This document shows positions 37,540 through 47,552 of a stretch of 64,000 nt of DNA, in pieces. Under the pieces are notes generated by a model. The model was not told the origin of the DNA, did no database searches, and was given only the letters and a program-made list of their open reading frames with translations. A program made the translations under genes and the position numbers. The DNA lies in contig CBDCXV010000010.1 in assembly GCA_965223905.1 (NCBI GenBank), positions 1,024,001 through 1,088,000 on the forward strand. The letters are read 5' to 3'. The stretch's first letter is position 1; every line of letters begins with the position of its first letter. The DNA is from Candidatus Latescibacterota bacterium. GTDB taxonomy: Bacteria; Latescibacterota; UBA2968; UBA8231.

Positions 37540-38699
37540 CCCAGCTCGCCCACCCCGACCTCAACGCCCTGCTGCAGGATCGCACCTGTTTCGCCGCCCG
37601 CGCCATCGAGTTGGGGTTGCGGTTCGGCCGCCTGCCGGGGCGTTTCGCCGATACCCTCGCCGCCTTCCTGCGCCTGCGCAGCATGGAGTTCGCAGGGCGC
37701 CACCGCACCGGTATCTCCCTCGGACGGGATGGGATCCGCAAGGGCATCGAGCACGCATTCACCTGCTTCGACCTCGGGCTGGAGCAGGAGTCGGGCGCCG
37801 ATGTCGAGCGCGCCGTCGAGCTGCTCGCGGAACCCGACTTTCCGGGGCTCTGCCGGAAGGGGTACGAAGCCGCCTTTCAGCGCTTGCGGGAGATGCGCCG
37901 CGAGTCCGAGGCCCTGTGCCGCCTGCCGCACTGGGAGCTGCTCCCGGAGTTCGCGGCGCGGCTCGAGACCTGGAAACGGATCACACCCGAAACCTTTGTC
38001 TCGTCAGATGTCGACGGGTGCGCGGTCGGCGTCGACCCGCGCGTGGATTACGCCCTCTTCGAGGAAACCGCCGCCCGCCTGCGGTTCGTCTGCTCGCTGC
38101 CGCAAGCGGCCCTGCAATCGGCGCGGGCGCAAGACCTCGCCGGTTTCGACCACATCCTCAGGCGGCTGGTAGCGGCTGTCGCCATGTCCGCGGAAACCCT
38201 GGAGATGGACAGGGCGGCCTTGCGGCGTTTCCGCAAGCGGCACTTCTCCGGGGGAGAAATGCTGGCCGAGTCACGGCTCCTGGTGGAACGGGAAATCGAG
38301 GCCCATCTCGAAAGCAATGCCCCCGGGGCGCGCGGGTTCCTGCTGGGCGAGGTGGCGGCAATCATCGCCGACCTCGAGGCGGCGTCCGGAGAAGAGGAAC
38401 GGTTCGCAGCCGCGGTCAGGGGCGGCCTGATCCCGGAGTCGAAATTGGCCGCGAAATCCGCGTTGGCCGACATCGCAGCAACCTCAGGTCCTGAATCACC
38501 GCACCGATGGAGCGAAAGGATGAAGCCAGTCAGTGTCGAGGATCTCGAAAGAGTCGCGCGTCTGTACAAGTCCAACAAGGAGGCGAGCGCCGCCCTCGGA
38601 ATTCACCCGCGCTCCTTCGCCCGCCTGTGCCGCCAACACGGCATCCCGACCCCCTACGTCCGCATGAGAAGGGCCCGGGCCGACTGTCGCCGCGGCTGA
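37536..38699 (+). CDS. Hypothetical protein with a C-terminal small HTH module (38520..38699)
   Basis: GTG overlap start; tail SNKEASAALGIHPRSFARLCRQHGI is HTH-like. Confidence 0.6.
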   Translation: MTQLAHPDLNALLQDRTCFAARAIELGLRFGRLPGRFADTLAAFLRLRSMEFAGRHRTGISLGRDGIRKGIEHAFTCFDLGLEQESGADVERAVELLAEPDFPGLCRKGYEAAFQRLREMRRESEALCRLPHWELLPEFAARLETWKRITPETFVSSDVDGCAVGVDPRVDYALFEETAARLRFVCSLPQAALQSARAQDLAGFDHILRRLVAAVAMSAETLEMDRAALRRFRKRHFSGGEMLAESRLLVEREIEAHLESNAPGARGFLLGEVAAIIADLEAASGEEERFAAAVRGGLIPESKLAAKSALADIAATSGPESPHRWSERMKPVSVEDLERVARLYKSNKEASAALGIHPRSFARLCRQHGIPTPYVRMRRARADCRRG

Positions 38700-38865
38700 T
38701 CGTTCAGCTCCGTGGCGCGGCTTCAGCGTCCGGACATCGTAGCGGTCGACAGCGAGGTCGCCGGCCTCGTTCGAGGCCTGTTCGACATGCTTGGGAAGCG
38801 GAAGGCGTCGGGCTGGCGGCCCCCAGGATCCGGGGTCGGATGCAGCCGTACTGGAAATGTCTGGT
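38697..38865 (+). pseudogene. Degenerate 5' copy of def
   Basis: gcggtcgacagcgaggtcgccggcctcgt is identical to 32213-32241; similarity continues with a frameshift through the GVGLAAP motif. Confidence 0.8.
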
Positions 38866-38926
38866 TCGATGCCCCCGGTGACGGAGCGATCCCCTCTGCC
38901 CCGAACGCCCGCCCACAAACCCGAGG

Positions 38927-39376
38927 TTAAACCCTCCGGCCGGCGTACTCCCCGGTGAAGCGGCCGGCCGGCTCCCCCCGGCAGCGGATGTCTGCGGTCA
39001 GGTCGAGGCGCCCCTTGCCTTCTTCCGCCAGCGCCGCGAGGAAACGGCTCCAGCTCTCCTGGTCGGGGGCTGGGGCGAAGGCTTCGAAGTCGGCCGGCAG
39101 GGGGGCGAAGTACTCGACGGAGTTGCGCCTGATCACGAGCGCCGTCTCACAGGGGAGGCTGCGCAGCCGCAGGTGGATGAGGGTCCAGCCGGCGATCATC
39201 GCCAGGGCCGAGGCGCTGCCGCCGAAAACGGTGCCGCGGTGATTGACGTTGGGGGCCAGCGGCGCCGCCAGGAGCACACCGGTCTCGTCGATGGAAACGA
39301 CGGAAACCTGCATGCTCTTCGAGAGCGGAATCCGCTCGTGCAGGTAGCGCTCAGTTTCGATTGACAGGGTTTCCAC
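38927..39376 (-). CDS. YiiD C-terminal-like hotdog-fold thioesterase
   Basis: IPLSKSM, APLAPNVNHRGTVFGGS, GW. Confidence 0.85.
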   Translation of the reverse strand: METLSIETERYLHERIPLSKSMQVSVVSIDETGVLLAAPLAPNVNHRGTVFGGSASALAMIAGWTLIHLRLRSLPCETALVIRRNSVEYFAPLPADFEAFAPAPDQESWSRFLAALAEEGKGRLDLTADIRCRGEPAGRFTGEYAGRRV

Positions 39377-39591
39377 TCAGCGCCCGGGTGCGCAATTCCG
39401 CGTTCGTTCGCCCGCCGGCCTCGTTACGTACGACTCGTTCAGGAGCCTTGCCTGCCCGGCGCATCCTCGCCTCGATCCCTTCCCGGACTTGCGCGCAGGG
39501 CACTGGTGCTCCGTCCCCCGATTGCGATGGAATTCTTTCACCAGCTACCCCCCGTGCGGCCTTGTCCTTCGGCACCCTGTCCCCCGGCCGC

Positions 39592-39990
39592 CTACTCGTC
39601 CTTGACGATCAGGCCGACCAGGAGGCCGGCGACGATGAATTCGACCAGGGTGCCGAGAAACCATCCCAGGGCCAGCGCGTAGGGCAGGGGCATTACGGCA
39701 TAGGTGCCGTAGCCCATTCCGACCCCCCATGCCAGGCCGATGAAGAACCCGTACCTGAGCCCGTTCCCGAGGTTTTTTTCAGCGAAGAAGCGGGCGTACA
39801 CGTAAACGAAGACGACCGCGGCGATCCCTGTCGCCAGATAAATCAGGGAGAGCTTCATCTCTTCCTGGGGACGCCAGAGATCCGCAGTCGAGGCGTAGGC
39901 ATCCATGAGGATGAGATTGTGGATGATGAAGTCGATGATCGTAAAGGCCACGAACACGGCGACCATGCCGATCAAGGCGCGTTTGTCCAT
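39592..39990 (-). CDS. Four-TM membrane protein (DUF1761-like)
   Basis: Four hydrophobic helices, RBS aggaag. Confidence 0.7.
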   Translation of the reverse strand: MDKRALIGMVAVFVAFTIIDFIIHNLILMDAYASTADLWRPQEEMKLSLIYLATGIAAVVFVYVYARFFAEKNLGNGLRYGFFIGLAWGVGMGYGTYAVMPLPYALALGWFLGTLVEFIVAGLLVGLIVKDE

Positions 39991-40151
39991 CCTGCTTCCT
40001 CCTGGTGAGAGTGCCGCTCCCGCTCACGGTCGACCTGCCGGTCCCAGGGAGCCCATTAGCCGGACGGAAGGTAGGGGATGAGAAAAGCAGCCGACAGCGG
40101 GGCCGCGGTCGTTTGAGATCGGCCACTGCCTGGAATATATTCGGCGCCCTC

Positions 40152-41336
40152 GTGAAACGGCCCGCCTCACACATTCTGCAATCGAAAACGCTGCTGTTCT
40201 GCCTTGCCTTGGCCGCGGCCAAGGCCTGGGGACAGGAGCCGGAGCCGATCCGCATCGGGGCGCTCTACCCGACCTCGGGAAGCGCCGCGGTGTTCGGCTC
40301 GCCGGCGCTGGACGGCCACGAGATGGCCGTCGAGGAGATCAACGCCGCCGGGGGAGTGCTCGGCCGCCGGCTCGAAACTGAGGCTCGCGACACCAAGCTC
40401 AAGCCGGCGGCCGCGGTGGCCGCGGCCAAGGAGTTGATCACCAAGGAGGGGGTCAGCATTCTCCTAGGTTCCCTGAGCTCGGCGGTCGGACTGGCGCTCG
40501 CCGAGGTCGCCCGCAGGGAGAAGGTGATCTTCGTCGCCACGATCGCCAAGACGATCCAGCTTTCCACCACAAGGAAACACGACTACGTCTTTCGCACCGC
40601 GGCCAACACCGACAGCGAAGGGCGCGGCATCGCCCGCGTCCTCGGCATGGTGGGCGCCCGGCGGGTCTGCCACCTGCAGTTCGACTACGCCTACGGCCAC
40701 GACCTGGGGGCGGGGGTGATGAAGGCGCTGCCGCAGGAAGCCCCCGGCGCCGAGATCGTCCTCGATCTCAAGATCAAGCTGGGGACCACCGACTTCAATT
40801 CCTATATCGCCCAGGTGATCGGTTCCGGATGCGACTGCGTCGCCAGCGGGCTGTGGGGATCGTCCTTCATCAACATCGCCCAGCAGGGCAGGCCGTTCGG
40901 ACTGTTCGAGCAGGTGAAGTACGTGTCGGGCGGCGAGATCGCCTCCCCGGAGATCGCCGCCGAGCTGAAAGGGGACTATCCCGACAACGTCTGGAGCAAC
41001 GCCTACGAGCTGTGGTACCACCACAACTCGCCGCTGCACGAGGCCTACCAGCAGAAGCTGGCCGAGCGCTTCGGCACCCCGCACACCCCGAGCTGGCCGG
41101 CCCTCGGGTACGTCGGCGTCAAGTTCGCCGCAGCGGCCATCGAAAAGGCGGGCTCGACCGATCCGGACGCGCTGTCGGCGGCGTTCAAGGGTCTCGCCAT
41201 AGAGACGCCGTTGGGGCCCCGCCGGATCGATCCGGAGACCCACCAGGCCGACACCGGGCAGTTCTGGGGGCCCATGAAGCAATCGGAGCACGGTTTCCGG
41301 ATGATGGACCCGGTCACCTACATCCACGGCAACTGA
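40152..41336 (+). CDS. Liv-type ABC substrate-binding protein
   Basis: IRIGALYPTSG, AVEEINAAGGVLGR, DYAYG; start codon uncertain. Confidence 0.9.
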   Translation: MKRPASHILQSKTLLFCLALAAAKAWGQEPEPIRIGALYPTSGSAAVFGSPALDGHEMAVEEINAAGGVLGRRLETEARDTKLKPAAAVAAAKELITKEGVSILLGSLSSAVGLALAEVARREKVIFVATIAKTIQLSTTRKHDYVFRTAANTDSEGRGIARVLGMVGARRVCHLQFDYAYGHDLGAGVMKALPQEAPGAEIVLDLKIKLGTTDFNSYIAQVIGSGCDCVASGLWGSSFINIAQQGRPFGLFEQVKYVSGGEIASPEIAAELKGDYPDNVWSNAYELWYHHNSPLHEAYQQKLAERFGTPHTPSWPALGYVGVKFAAAAIEKAGSTDPDALSAAFKGLAIETPLGPRRIDPETHQADTGQFWGPMKQSEHGFRMMDPVTYIHGN

Positions 41337-41352
41337 GCTCACGGCTGCCGGG

Positions 41353-42246
41353 ATGCTCACGAACCCCGCCTTCCTGCTGATCCAGCTTCTCAACTCCCTG
41401 TCCCTGGGGATGAATCTGTTCATCATCGCCTCGGGACTGTCGCTGATCTTCGGCGTGCTGCGGATCGTCAACTTCGCCCACGGCGCCTTTTTCATGGTCG
41501 GGGCCTACGTCTGCTACGCCGTGGTTGCGCAGACCGCCTCGACGCCGGGCGCTTTCTGGATCGGGGTCGCCGCCGCGGCCGCGGTGCTGGGGCTGCTGGC
41601 GGTTGCCGTCGAACGCCTGCTGCTGCGCCATCTCTACGGGCGCGAGCCGCTGATGCAGCTGCTGTTCACCTTCGCCCTGGTGCTGCTCGCCGGCGACGCC
41701 GTCAAGATGATCTGGGGCACCGATCAGCACAGCGTCTCGTATCCGCCAGGCCTGGACGGGGCCGTCGACCTCGGCATCACCCGCTACCCGTCGTACCTGC
41801 TCTTCCTGTGCGCGGCGGGGCCGGCGGTGGCCGGGATGCTGTGGCTGCTGGTCGAGCGCAGCCCCTGGGGCCGGCTGATCAAGGCCGCGGCCCACGACCG
41901 CGAGATGCTGTCCGCCCTGGGCGTCAACGTGCCCCTCGTGTACACCCTGGTGTTCGCCGCAGGCTCGGCGCTGGCCGGGATCGGCGGGGCCCTTGCCGCC
42001 CCCCGGATCGCCGTCGCCCCGGGCATGGAAGCGACCCTGATCGTCGAGTGCTTCATCATCGTCATCATCGGCGGGCTGGGTTCGCTCAGGGGCAGCTTCA
42101 TCGGCGCCCTCGTCCTCGGTTTCGTCATCTCCTTCGGGTCCGTGGTCGCCCCCGAGGTCGAGCTGGTGCTCCCCTACGTGCTGATGCTGGGGATCCTGCT
42201 GTGGCGGCCGCACGGGCTCTTCGGCAGGCCGGAGGAAGGCGGATGA
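41353..42246 (+). CDS. livH: Branched-chain amino acid ABC permease (LivH-like)
   Basis: GLSLIFGVLRIVNFAHG, IGGLGS. Confidence 0.9.
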   Translation: MLTNPAFLLIQLLNSLSLGMNLFIIASGLSLIFGVLRIVNFAHGAFFMVGAYVCYAVVAQTASTPGAFWIGVAAAAAVLGLLAVAVERLLLRHLYGREPLMQLLFTFALVLLAGDAVKMIWGTDQHSVSYPPGLDGAVDLGITRYPSYLLFLCAAGPAVAGMLWLLVERSPWGRLIKAAAHDREMLSALGVNVPLVYTLVFAAGSALAGIGGALAAPRIAVAPGMEATLIVECFIIVIIGGLGSLRGSFIGALVLGFVISFGSVVAPEVELVLPYVLMLGILLWRPHGLFGRPEEGG

Positions 42247-43160
42247 GACGCGCCCTCCTGCTCGTCGCGGGGGCGCTGGCGCTCGCCGGCGTCCCCCTGG
42301 CCGGGTCAAACTACCTGGTCGACCTGACCACGGAAATCGCCATTTACGTTCTCTTCGCCACCAGCCTGAACGTGCTCGTGGGGTACGCCGGCAACGTCTC
42401 CTTCGGCCACGCCGCCTACTTCGCCCTCGGCGGCTACAGCTGTGCCATCCTGCTGACCACCTGCGACTGGCCTCTCTACGTCAGCCTGCCTGCCGCGATC
42501 CTGTTCTGCGCCATCTGCGCCGCTGCGGTCGGGTTCTTCTGCGTGAGGCTCACCGACATCTACTTCGCCATGCTGACCCTGGCCTTCGCCATGCTGGTCT
42601 GGTCGGTCGCCTTCAAGTGGCGCTCGCTGACCGGCGGGGACGACGGCTTCGTCGGCGTCACCCTGCCCGATGCCCTGACCTCGCGGACCCTCTTCTACTA
42701 CTTCTGCCAGCTCCTGGTCTGGGGGTCGATCGCCGCCCTGTGGGGGATCTGCCGCTCGCCGTTCGGGCGCGTGCTGACGGCGATCCGCGAGAACCGCGGC
42801 CGCGCCGAGTTCCTCGGCGTCGACACCCGCCTGATGAGGTGGGCCGCCTTCGTCGTGGCTGGGACCTTCGCCGGCCTGGCCGGGGCCCTGTTCGCGATGT
42901 ACAACCGCGGCATGTACGTCGAGTCGGCGTTCTGGCCGGAGTCGGCGCAGGTACTGATCATGGTGCTGCTGGGCGGCATGTACTCCTTCTTCGGGCCGGC
43001 CCTCGGGGCCGCGGTCCTCTACCTGCTCGAGCAGTTCGCCAACCAGGTCACCGAGTACTGGCCCGCGGTTCTCGGGGTCATTCTGCTCGCGGTCGTGCTC
43101 GCCGCCCCCGAGGGGCTCGCCGGCCTGGCGCGCCGCCGGCGCCGCCGCGGAGGAGACTGA
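42243..43160 (+). CDS. livM: Branched-chain amino acid ABC permease (LivM-like)
   Basis: GYAGNVSFGHAAYF, YFAMLTLAF, SPFGRVLTAIREN. Confidence 0.9.
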   Translation: MRRALLLVAGALALAGVPLAGSNYLVDLTTEIAIYVLFATSLNVLVGYAGNVSFGHAAYFALGGYSCAILLTTCDWPLYVSLPAAILFCAICAAAVGFFCVRLTDIYFAMLTLAFAMLVWSVAFKWRSLTGGDDGFVGVTLPDALTSRTLFYYFCQLLVWGSIAALWGICRSPFGRVLTAIRENRGRAEFLGVDTRLMRWAAFVVAGTFAGLAGALFAMYNRGMYVESAFWPESAQVLIMVLLGGMYSFFGPALGAAVLYLLEQFANQVTEYWPAVLGVILLAVVLAAPEGLAGLARRRRRRGGD

Positions 43161-43164
43161 AGCG

Positions 43165-43899
43165 GTGCTCGAGATCGAGAACCTCCACAAGAGCTTCGAC
43201 GGCTTCGCCGCGGTCGGGGAGGTCAGCCTGACGGTCGCGCCGCGGGAAACCCACGCCGTCATCGGACCGAACGGAGCCGGCAAGACGACGCTGTTCAACC
43301 TCGTCACCGGCCACCTGAAACCGGACCGGGGCAGGGTGAGCTTCTACGGGCAGCCGCTCACCGGACTGCCCCCTCACGAGATCGTGCGCCTCGGCGTCGC
43401 GCGTTCGTTTCAGCGCATCAACATCTTTCCGCGGCTGACGGTCGCCGCCAACGTCGAGGCCGCGGTGATCGCGCAGCAGCGCCGCCAGCTGCGCCTGTTC
43501 GGGACCAGGAGAAAGGCTGGAGCCCTCGCCGAGGAGCTGCTGTCGGTCGTGGGCCTGGGAGGCGAAAGCGGCCGCGTCGCCGGGGAGCTTGCCTACGGAC
43601 AGCAGAAGCAGCTCGAGCTGGCCCTCGCCCTCGCCCTGGAGCCGCACCTGCTGCTGCTCGACGAGCCGACGGCCGGCATGTCCGCGGAGGAGACGAGGCG
43701 GACTACCGGGCTGATCAAGCGCATCCAGGAGGCGCGCGGGCTCAGCCTGCTGTTCACCGAGCACGACATGGAGGTGGTGTTCGGCATCGCCGACCGCATA
43801 TCGGTGCTGCACCACGGCGAGCTGATCGCCTCGGGCACGCCGCGGGAGATCCGGGGCAATCCGAAGGTCAGGCAGGTGTACCTGGGAGAAGAAGAGTGA
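43165..43899 (+). CDS. livG: ABC ATP-binding protein (LivG-like)
   Basis: GPNGAGKTT, LLLDEPTAGM, EHDM, YLG. Confidence 0.92.
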   Translation: MLEIENLHKSFDGFAAVGEVSLTVAPRETHAVIGPNGAGKTTLFNLVTGHLKPDRGRVSFYGQPLTGLPPHEIVRLGVARSFQRINIFPRLTVAANVEAAVIAQQRRQLRLFGTRRKAGALAEELLSVVGLGGESGRVAGELAYGQQKQLELALALALEPHLLLLDEPTAGMSAEETRRTTGLIKRIQEARGLSLLFTEHDMEVVFGIADRISVLHHGELIASGTPREIRGNPKVRQVYLGEEE

Positions 43900-44594
43900 C
43901 CCGGCTCCAGGTAACCGACCTGCATGTCTCCTACGGCCTCAGCCGCGTTCTGTCGGGGGTGAGCTTCGAAGTCGGCGAAGGGGAAGTGGTGGCCCTGATG
44001 GGGCGCAACGGCGCCGGGAAGACCACGACCCTGCGCGGTATCATGGGCCTGACCCCGGCGCGCCGCGGCCGGGTCGAGTGGAACGGCAGGGACATCACCG
44101 CGGCCCCGACTCACAGGATCGCGCGCCTGGGGATCGGCTACGTGCCGGAAGAGCGGCGGATATTCCCGGGACTGAGCGTGGAGGAGAACCTGCAGATCGC
44201 GAAAAGGCCCGGGAAAAGGCAACGGGACCCGAATTCGGTGTACGAGCTGTTTCCGGATTTGCGCGAGATCGCCGGGCGGCCCGGCGGCGTGCTGAGCGGC
44301 GGGCAGCAGCAGCTGCTGGCGATCGCCCGCAGCCTCGTCGGGAGCCCGAAGCTGCTGCTGCTCGACGAGCCGTCGGAGGGGTTGGCGCCGATGGTCGTCA
44401 AGGCGATGCAGGAACAGCTCGCCGCACTGAGACAGACCGAGCTTTCCGTGCTGCTGGCGGAGCAGAACCCGCAGTTCGCGCTGGCCCTGAGCGACCGGGT
44501 GCACGTGATGGAGCGGGGCGAGATCCGCTATTCGGCGACGGCTGGGGAGCTCGAGAAGGACGACTCCCGGTTGAGGGAGTACCTGGCGGTCTAG
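43896..44594 (+). CDS. livF: ABC ATP-binding protein (LivF-like)
   Basis: GRNGAGKTT, VPEERRIF, LSGGQQQ, DEPSEGLAP, EQN. Confidence 0.92.
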   Translation: MTRLQVTDLHVSYGLSRVLSGVSFEVGEGEVVALMGRNGAGKTTTLRGIMGLTPARRGRVEWNGRDITAAPTHRIARLGIGYVPEERRIFPGLSVEENLQIAKRPGKRQRDPNSVYELFPDLREIAGRPGGVLSGGQQQLLAIARSLVGSPKLLLLDEPSEGLAPMVVKAMQEQLAALRQTELSVLLAEQNPQFALALSDRVHVMERGEIRYSATAGELEKDDSRLREYLAV

Positions 44595-44757
44595 TCTCCT
44601 GTCCGGAAAAAGATTGCCAAAATCCGGTCGTTGAGGCACCCGGCTCGCAAGGCGGCTGAGCGAATCGTACCGAGGGTGTACGGCGAGCGATGGCAACGCC
44701 GCGAGCCGGAGTGAATCGGCGCCCGAATGGCAAGATATCCATGGGACAGGGCACTAG
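44591..44757. mobile_element. 167-bp CTAG-ended MITE
   Basis: Terminal IR ctagtctcctgtcc / ggacagggcactag; core is shared with 56040-56103. Confidence 0.7.
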
Positions 44758-46157
44758 AAACCGGTGGTTGGTTCGGGGCCGACGTCGACGGATAGGGCGA
44801 GCCTGTTGAAGCTGGCGAGCATCAGCTCCCCCTTGACGCCGGCGAGCCGCGGATCGTCCCAGCGGTTGTCGAACTCATCCGGATCCTCCAGCAGGTCGTA
44901 GAGGCGGCCGCTGTTGCGGTTGTGGTGCACGATCAGCTTGTAACGCCTGTCGCGGATCATGGTAGCGTAGCTGCCCTCGAAGGTGGGACGCAGGTGCGGC
45001 GACAGGGTCTGGTCGCGGAAGTACTCGCAGTGCACCCGGTCGCGGTGTTCGGCGGCGGTCCCTTCGAGCAGCCCGTTCAGCGAGATCCCCTGCATGCGCG
45101 GGGGCCGCGCCACCCCGGCGTGGTCGAGCAAGGTCGGGGCCAGGTCGATCAGCTCGACCAGGGCGTCGCTGACCCGGCCGCCGTCAAAGCGCCCCGGCCA
45201 GGAGAGGATCAGCGGCACGCGCACCGAGGCTTCGAAGAAGGCGCACCCCTTGTTGGTGTGGAAGCCGTGGTCGCCGAGAAGCTCGCCGTGGTCCGAGGTG
45301 AAGATGACGATGGTGTCGTCGCGCTGGCCGGCGGCCTCGAGGGCGTCCAGCAGGCGCCCGACGTTGTGGTCGATCAGCTCGATCATGGCGTAGTAGGCCG
45401 CCTTGATCTGCCGGCCTCCCAGCTCCGCGAGCGGAAGCGGCGGTCCGGCGAATCCGTCCACCCCGGCGAACGGACGGTGGGCGTCGACGTCGGAATCCCG
45501 CCACAGCGGCTGCGGCAGGCTGTCTGGATCGTAGCGGCGCAGGTACTCCCCCGGCGGGTCGAACGGCGGGTGCGGGTCGAAGGGGTTGACGCTCAACAGC
45601 CACGGCCCGTCCCGCTCTTCCCGGATGAAATCGATGGCCCTGTCGGCGCACCACGCCGTCTGGTGCAGCTCCGGGGGCATGGTCTCCGGAGCGTCGTTGA
45701 AGGCGCCGAGGTCGTGCCCCTGCTGTTTCAGCCAGTCGGCGTACTCGTGGCCTTCCTCCCAGCGGTCGATGGAGTCGTGGCTCCAGTGGAACACGCGGTA
45801 GCCGTCGTCGCCGCGGGGCTCGATACGCCCCTGGGCGCCGGCGAGGTGGAGCTTTCCCGAGAGGCCGCAGTCGTAGCCGGCGTCGGCGAGCAGCCTGGGC
45901 AGTAGCGGCGCGGCGTCTGCCCAGTAGTCGTTGCCGTTCATGCAGGCGCGCACGCTTCCCGGGTACATGCCGGTGAGAAAGCTGGCGCGGCTCGGGGTGC
46001 AGACCGGGCACTGGGCGAAGGCGTGGGTGAAGGCGACTCCTTCGGCGGCAAGGCGGTCGATGTTGGGGGTGTTGATCCTGTCGTTGTCTAGGCAGTGAAT
46101 GGTGTCCCAGCGCTGCTGGTCGGTGCAGATCCACAGGATGTTGGGTCGATCCGGCAT
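44754..46157 (-). CDS. Formylglycine-dependent sulfatase
   Basis: PNILWICTDQ, CTPSRASFLTG, GKLHL, TSDHGE, YDLLEDPDE. Confidence 0.93.
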   Translation of the reverse strand: MPDRPNILWICTDQQRWDTIHCLDNDRINTPNIDRLAAEGVAFTHAFAQCPVCTPSRASFLTGMYPGSVRACMNGNDYWADAAPLLPRLLADAGYDCGLSGKLHLAGAQGRIEPRGDDGYRVFHWSHDSIDRWEEGHEYADWLKQQGHDLGAFNDAPETMPPELHQTAWCADRAIDFIREERDGPWLLSVNPFDPHPPFDPPGEYLRRYDPDSLPQPLWRDSDVDAHRPFAGVDGFAGPPLPLAELGGRQIKAAYYAMIELIDHNVGRLLDALEAAGQRDDTIVIFTSDHGELLGDHGFHTNKGCAFFEASVRVPLILSWPGRFDGGRVSDALVELIDLAPTLLDHAGVARPPRMQGISLNGLLEGTAAEHRDRVHCEYFRDQTLSPHLRPTFEGSYATMIRDRRYKLIVHHNRNSGRLYDLLEDPDEFDNRWDDPRLAGVKGELMLASFNRLALSVDVGPEPTTGF

Positions 46158-46606
46158 GAAGGGGGTTTGCTCCCGGATTTCGCGGCTTGGATTTACCCGC
46201 ACGTTCCTACCTTACAGCCGCTTTCCGGCGAGGTCCAACCCTTGCCGGAAAATCGGCCAGTCGAGATTGGCGGGTCTACCAGCGAGCAAGCCACTGCCGC
46301 GGGCCCTTTGTCGCGACGCCGGATCCCGCCCCTTGGCACGGCATTGGATTCGTGCCCACCGGACCGGGCGCGGGATACATTCCCCCCAACGCAATCCGCG
46401 TTTGCGATGCTGAAAGGATCGGCTGAAATTCGCCGGAAGCAGACGCCCACATGCAGACATCGAGTCGATGCTCGACCTGCAGATCCCGTGCGGACCGGCT
46501 TCGACCCAACACGGTCCGGCCAGTCTCGGTACGCCCGGAAAAAGCCCATGGCTGAGCTGCTCGGTACGCAGGCCGGCAACCCAAAGACCATACCCTGGAG
46601 AGAGAA

Positions 46607-47455
46607 ATGGCCACTTCGAAATCCCGCAGCAAGGGAAGGAAACCGCAGCTGATCCTGTTGTCCCCGGCCAAATCGCTCGACTTCGAGACTCCTGCCCCTA
46701 CCGGAAAGGCCGGGGTCCCGCACTTCCTGACGCAGCAGACCGCGGAGCTGGCAGGCCTGCTGAAGGAGAAATCCGCGGTCGAGCTCGCGGACCTGATGAG
46801 CCTGAGCGGGAGGCTGTCGGAGCTGAACTTCCAGCGCTACCAGAGCTTCGATGCCGCCGTTATCGAGAAGCAGGCAAGCCAGAAAGCCGGCAAGGAAGCC
46901 TCCCCGTTGCCGGCCAAGCAGGCGCTGTGGGCCTTCACCGGAGACGTGTACCAGGGGTTCGATGCCGGGTCCCTCAAGCCAAAGGAGATCGGCCGCGCCC
47001 AGGAACGAATCCGCATCCTGTCCGGACTGTACGGGTTTCTCAAGCCTCTCGACCTGATGCTTCCCTACCGGCTCGAGATGGGCACGAAGCTCGAGACCCC
47101 GAAGGGCAGGGACCTGTACCAGTTCTGGGGCGGCGCCATCACCGAGGGGCTCGCCGAGGAGGATCCCGCCTGGGTCTGCAACCTGGCCAGCCAGGAGTAC
47201 TACCGGTCGGTGCGCGAGAAGGAACTGCCCTGTCCGGTGGTGCACCCGGTCTTCAAGGACGAGTCGAAGGGGGAGTTCAAGGTCCTGGGGATGTTCGCCA
47301 AGTACGCGCGCGGACTGATGGCGCGCTGGCTCGTCGACAACGACGTGAGAAAGGCGGAGGACCTGAGGAACTTCGACGCCGGCGGGTACGAGTTCAGCGA
47401 GCCGGAGTCGACCACTGCGAAGCCGGTGTTCAAGCGCGCGGCCGCGGCGAGGTGA
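46607..47455 (+). CDS. yaaA: Peroxide stress protein YaaA (DUF328)
   Basis: LSPAKSLD, FTGDVY, LSGLYG, PYRLEMGT, NLASQEY, AKYARG. Confidence 0.93.
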   Translation: MATSKSRSKGRKPQLILLSPAKSLDFETPAPTGKAGVPHFLTQQTAELAGLLKEKSAVELADLMSLSGRLSELNFQRYQSFDAAVIEKQASQKAGKEASPLPAKQALWAFTGDVYQGFDAGSLKPKEIGRAQERIRILSGLYGFLKPLDLMLPYRLEMGTKLETPKGRDLYQFWGGAITEGLAEEDPAWVCNLASQEYYRSVREKELPCPVVHPVFKDESKGEFKVLGMFAKYARGLMARWLVDNDVRKAEDLRNFDAGGYEFSEPESTTAKPVFKRAAAAR

Positions 47456-47552
47456 GGACGAAGGGGTGAACTTACCGCCGCTCGTCGCCGGACGCCCTGT
47501 TCGCTGGCATGCGTTTTCCCCGCCGCCTCACCAGACCCTTGGATAAACAGAA

